Shown here: positions 63,129 to 64,000 of the stretch, piece after piece
Layout of the letters: every line of letters begins with the position of its first letter
Position numbering within the stretch: the stretch's first letter is position 1
NCBI GenBank assembly: GCA_963729605.1
Contig: CAVSNY010000007.1
Location: forward strand, 704,001 to 768,000
DNA: 64,000 bases
Source of the DNA: an uncultured Gammaproteobacteria bacterium
Lineage (GTDB): Bacteria; Pseudomonadota; Gammaproteobacteria; DRLM01
Direction of reading: 5' to 3'
Position numbers and translations under genes: made by a program
The notes under the pieces: model-generated
Databases searched by the model: none
What the model saw: only the letters and a program-made list of their open reading frames with translations
What the model was told of the DNA's origin: nothing

Positions 63129-63746
63129 ATGTTGGAGGTCGTCGATCTCGCTTGTGAGCGCGGTGAGCGCCGTCTGTTTCAGGGACTTAACTTTTCGCTG
63201 AAGACGGGCGAGCTGCTGTATGTGCATGGCCAAAACGGCAGCGGCAAGACCACGTTATTGCGCACCCTGTGCGGCTTGGCCTGGCCCGCCGCGGGGGAGG
63301 TGCGCTGGGACGGCACGGAGATCCGCCGCCTGGGCGACGAATACCACGGCAAGATGCTTTATATAGGTCATCTCAACGGGGTGAAGGACGATTTCACCGC
63401 CTTTGAGAATCTGCGGGTGACGGGGCGGCTGGCGGGTTACGCGGACAGCGAGGAACGGGCCCTCGCCGCCTTGCGGCGCATGGAGTTGACGGCTTGTGCC
63501 GAGTTGCCGGGCAAGGTTTTATCGCAAGGACAGCGGCGGCGGCTCGCCTTGGCGCGTTTGTTGTTGGGCGACAGCCGGTTGTGGATTTTAGACGAGCCGT
63601 TCAGTGCCCTGGACGTCAAATCCGTCGAGGGCATTCAGACTGTGTTAAGCGAACATCTCGATAATGGCGGCATGGTGGTGTTGACCACGCATCAGGAGGT
63701 GGAGATTACGTCCCGTCGCGCGCGGCATATCCACTTGAGCGCCTAA
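63129..63746 (+). CDS. ccmA: Heme exporter ATP-binding protein CcmA
   Basis: NGSGKTTLLR, LSQGQRRR, WILDEPF, TTHQ. Confidence 0.93.
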   Translation: MLEVVDLACERGERRLFQGLNFSLKTGELLYVHGQNGSGKTTLLRTLCGLAWPAAGEVRWDGTEIRRLGDEYHGKMLYIGHLNGVKDDFTAFENLRVTGRLAGYADSEERALAALRRMELTACAELPGKVLSQGQRRRLALARLLLGDSRLWILDEPFSALDVKSVEGIQTVLSEHLDNGGMVVLTTHQEVEITSRRARHIHLSA

Positions 63747-63756
63747 GGAATCGAGT

Positions 63757-64000
63757 ATGTGGGCAGCCCTGCGATGTGTGGTGATGCGCGACCTGACCTT
63801 GGCCATGCGCCGGCGCGCCGATGTGCTCACCACGTTGTTTTTCTTCGTGATCGTGGTGAGCCTGTTCCCACTCGGGGTGGGCCCGGAGATGGATACCCTG
63901 CGCCTGATGGGGCCGGGGGTGGTGTGGGTGGCGGCGCTGCTGGCGTCCATGTTGTCGCTGGGGCGTTTGTTCTCCGGCGATTACATCGACGGTACCTTGG
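63757..64000 (+). CDS. ccmB: Heme exporter permease CcmB (runs off the window)
   Basis: RDL..A.R, LFPLGVGP, WVAALLA, DY.DG.L. Confidence 0.9.
   Translation, partial: MWAALRCVVMRDLTLAMRRRADVLTTLFFFVIVVSLFPLGVGPEMDTLRLMGPGVVWVAALLASMLSLGRLFSGDYIDGTL

Overview
GC-rich Gammaproteobacterial chromosomal window. 0.8-15.7 kb is a Wzx/Wzy exopolysaccharide cluster (wza, wzc, polymerase-like gene, 4 glycosyltransferases, wcaJ, a flippase reading through into a sulfotransferase, FkbM methyltransferase, CugP-like nucleotidyltransferase), with a sigma54-type promoter and ending at tRNA-Pro. Next is the conserved block ispB/rplU-rpmA-obgE-proB/rpsT/murJ-ribF-ileS-lspA-ispH, a short minor-pilin cluster (pilVWXE, no pilY1), thiO, an Irr-like Fur protein, tRNA-Thr, DUF4398-OmpA, gdhB, purEK, ald, sodB, modA, pyrD, bactofilin, M61 peptidase, peroxiredoxin, katE, a MoxR/vWA/BatD operon, an FGE-like gene and ccmAB (truncated). 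No transposase, integrase, RT or CRISPR array is recognisable. The most unusual signals are a polarised 21-unit 8-mer array, an apparently sulfated EPS with a Wzx-sulfotransferase fusion hinging on an A6 run, a palindromic in-frame insertion in ileS, pyrD lacking a canonical start codon, and a 3-copy IS5-like MITE. All family assignments come from recognising motifs by eye; no database search was run.
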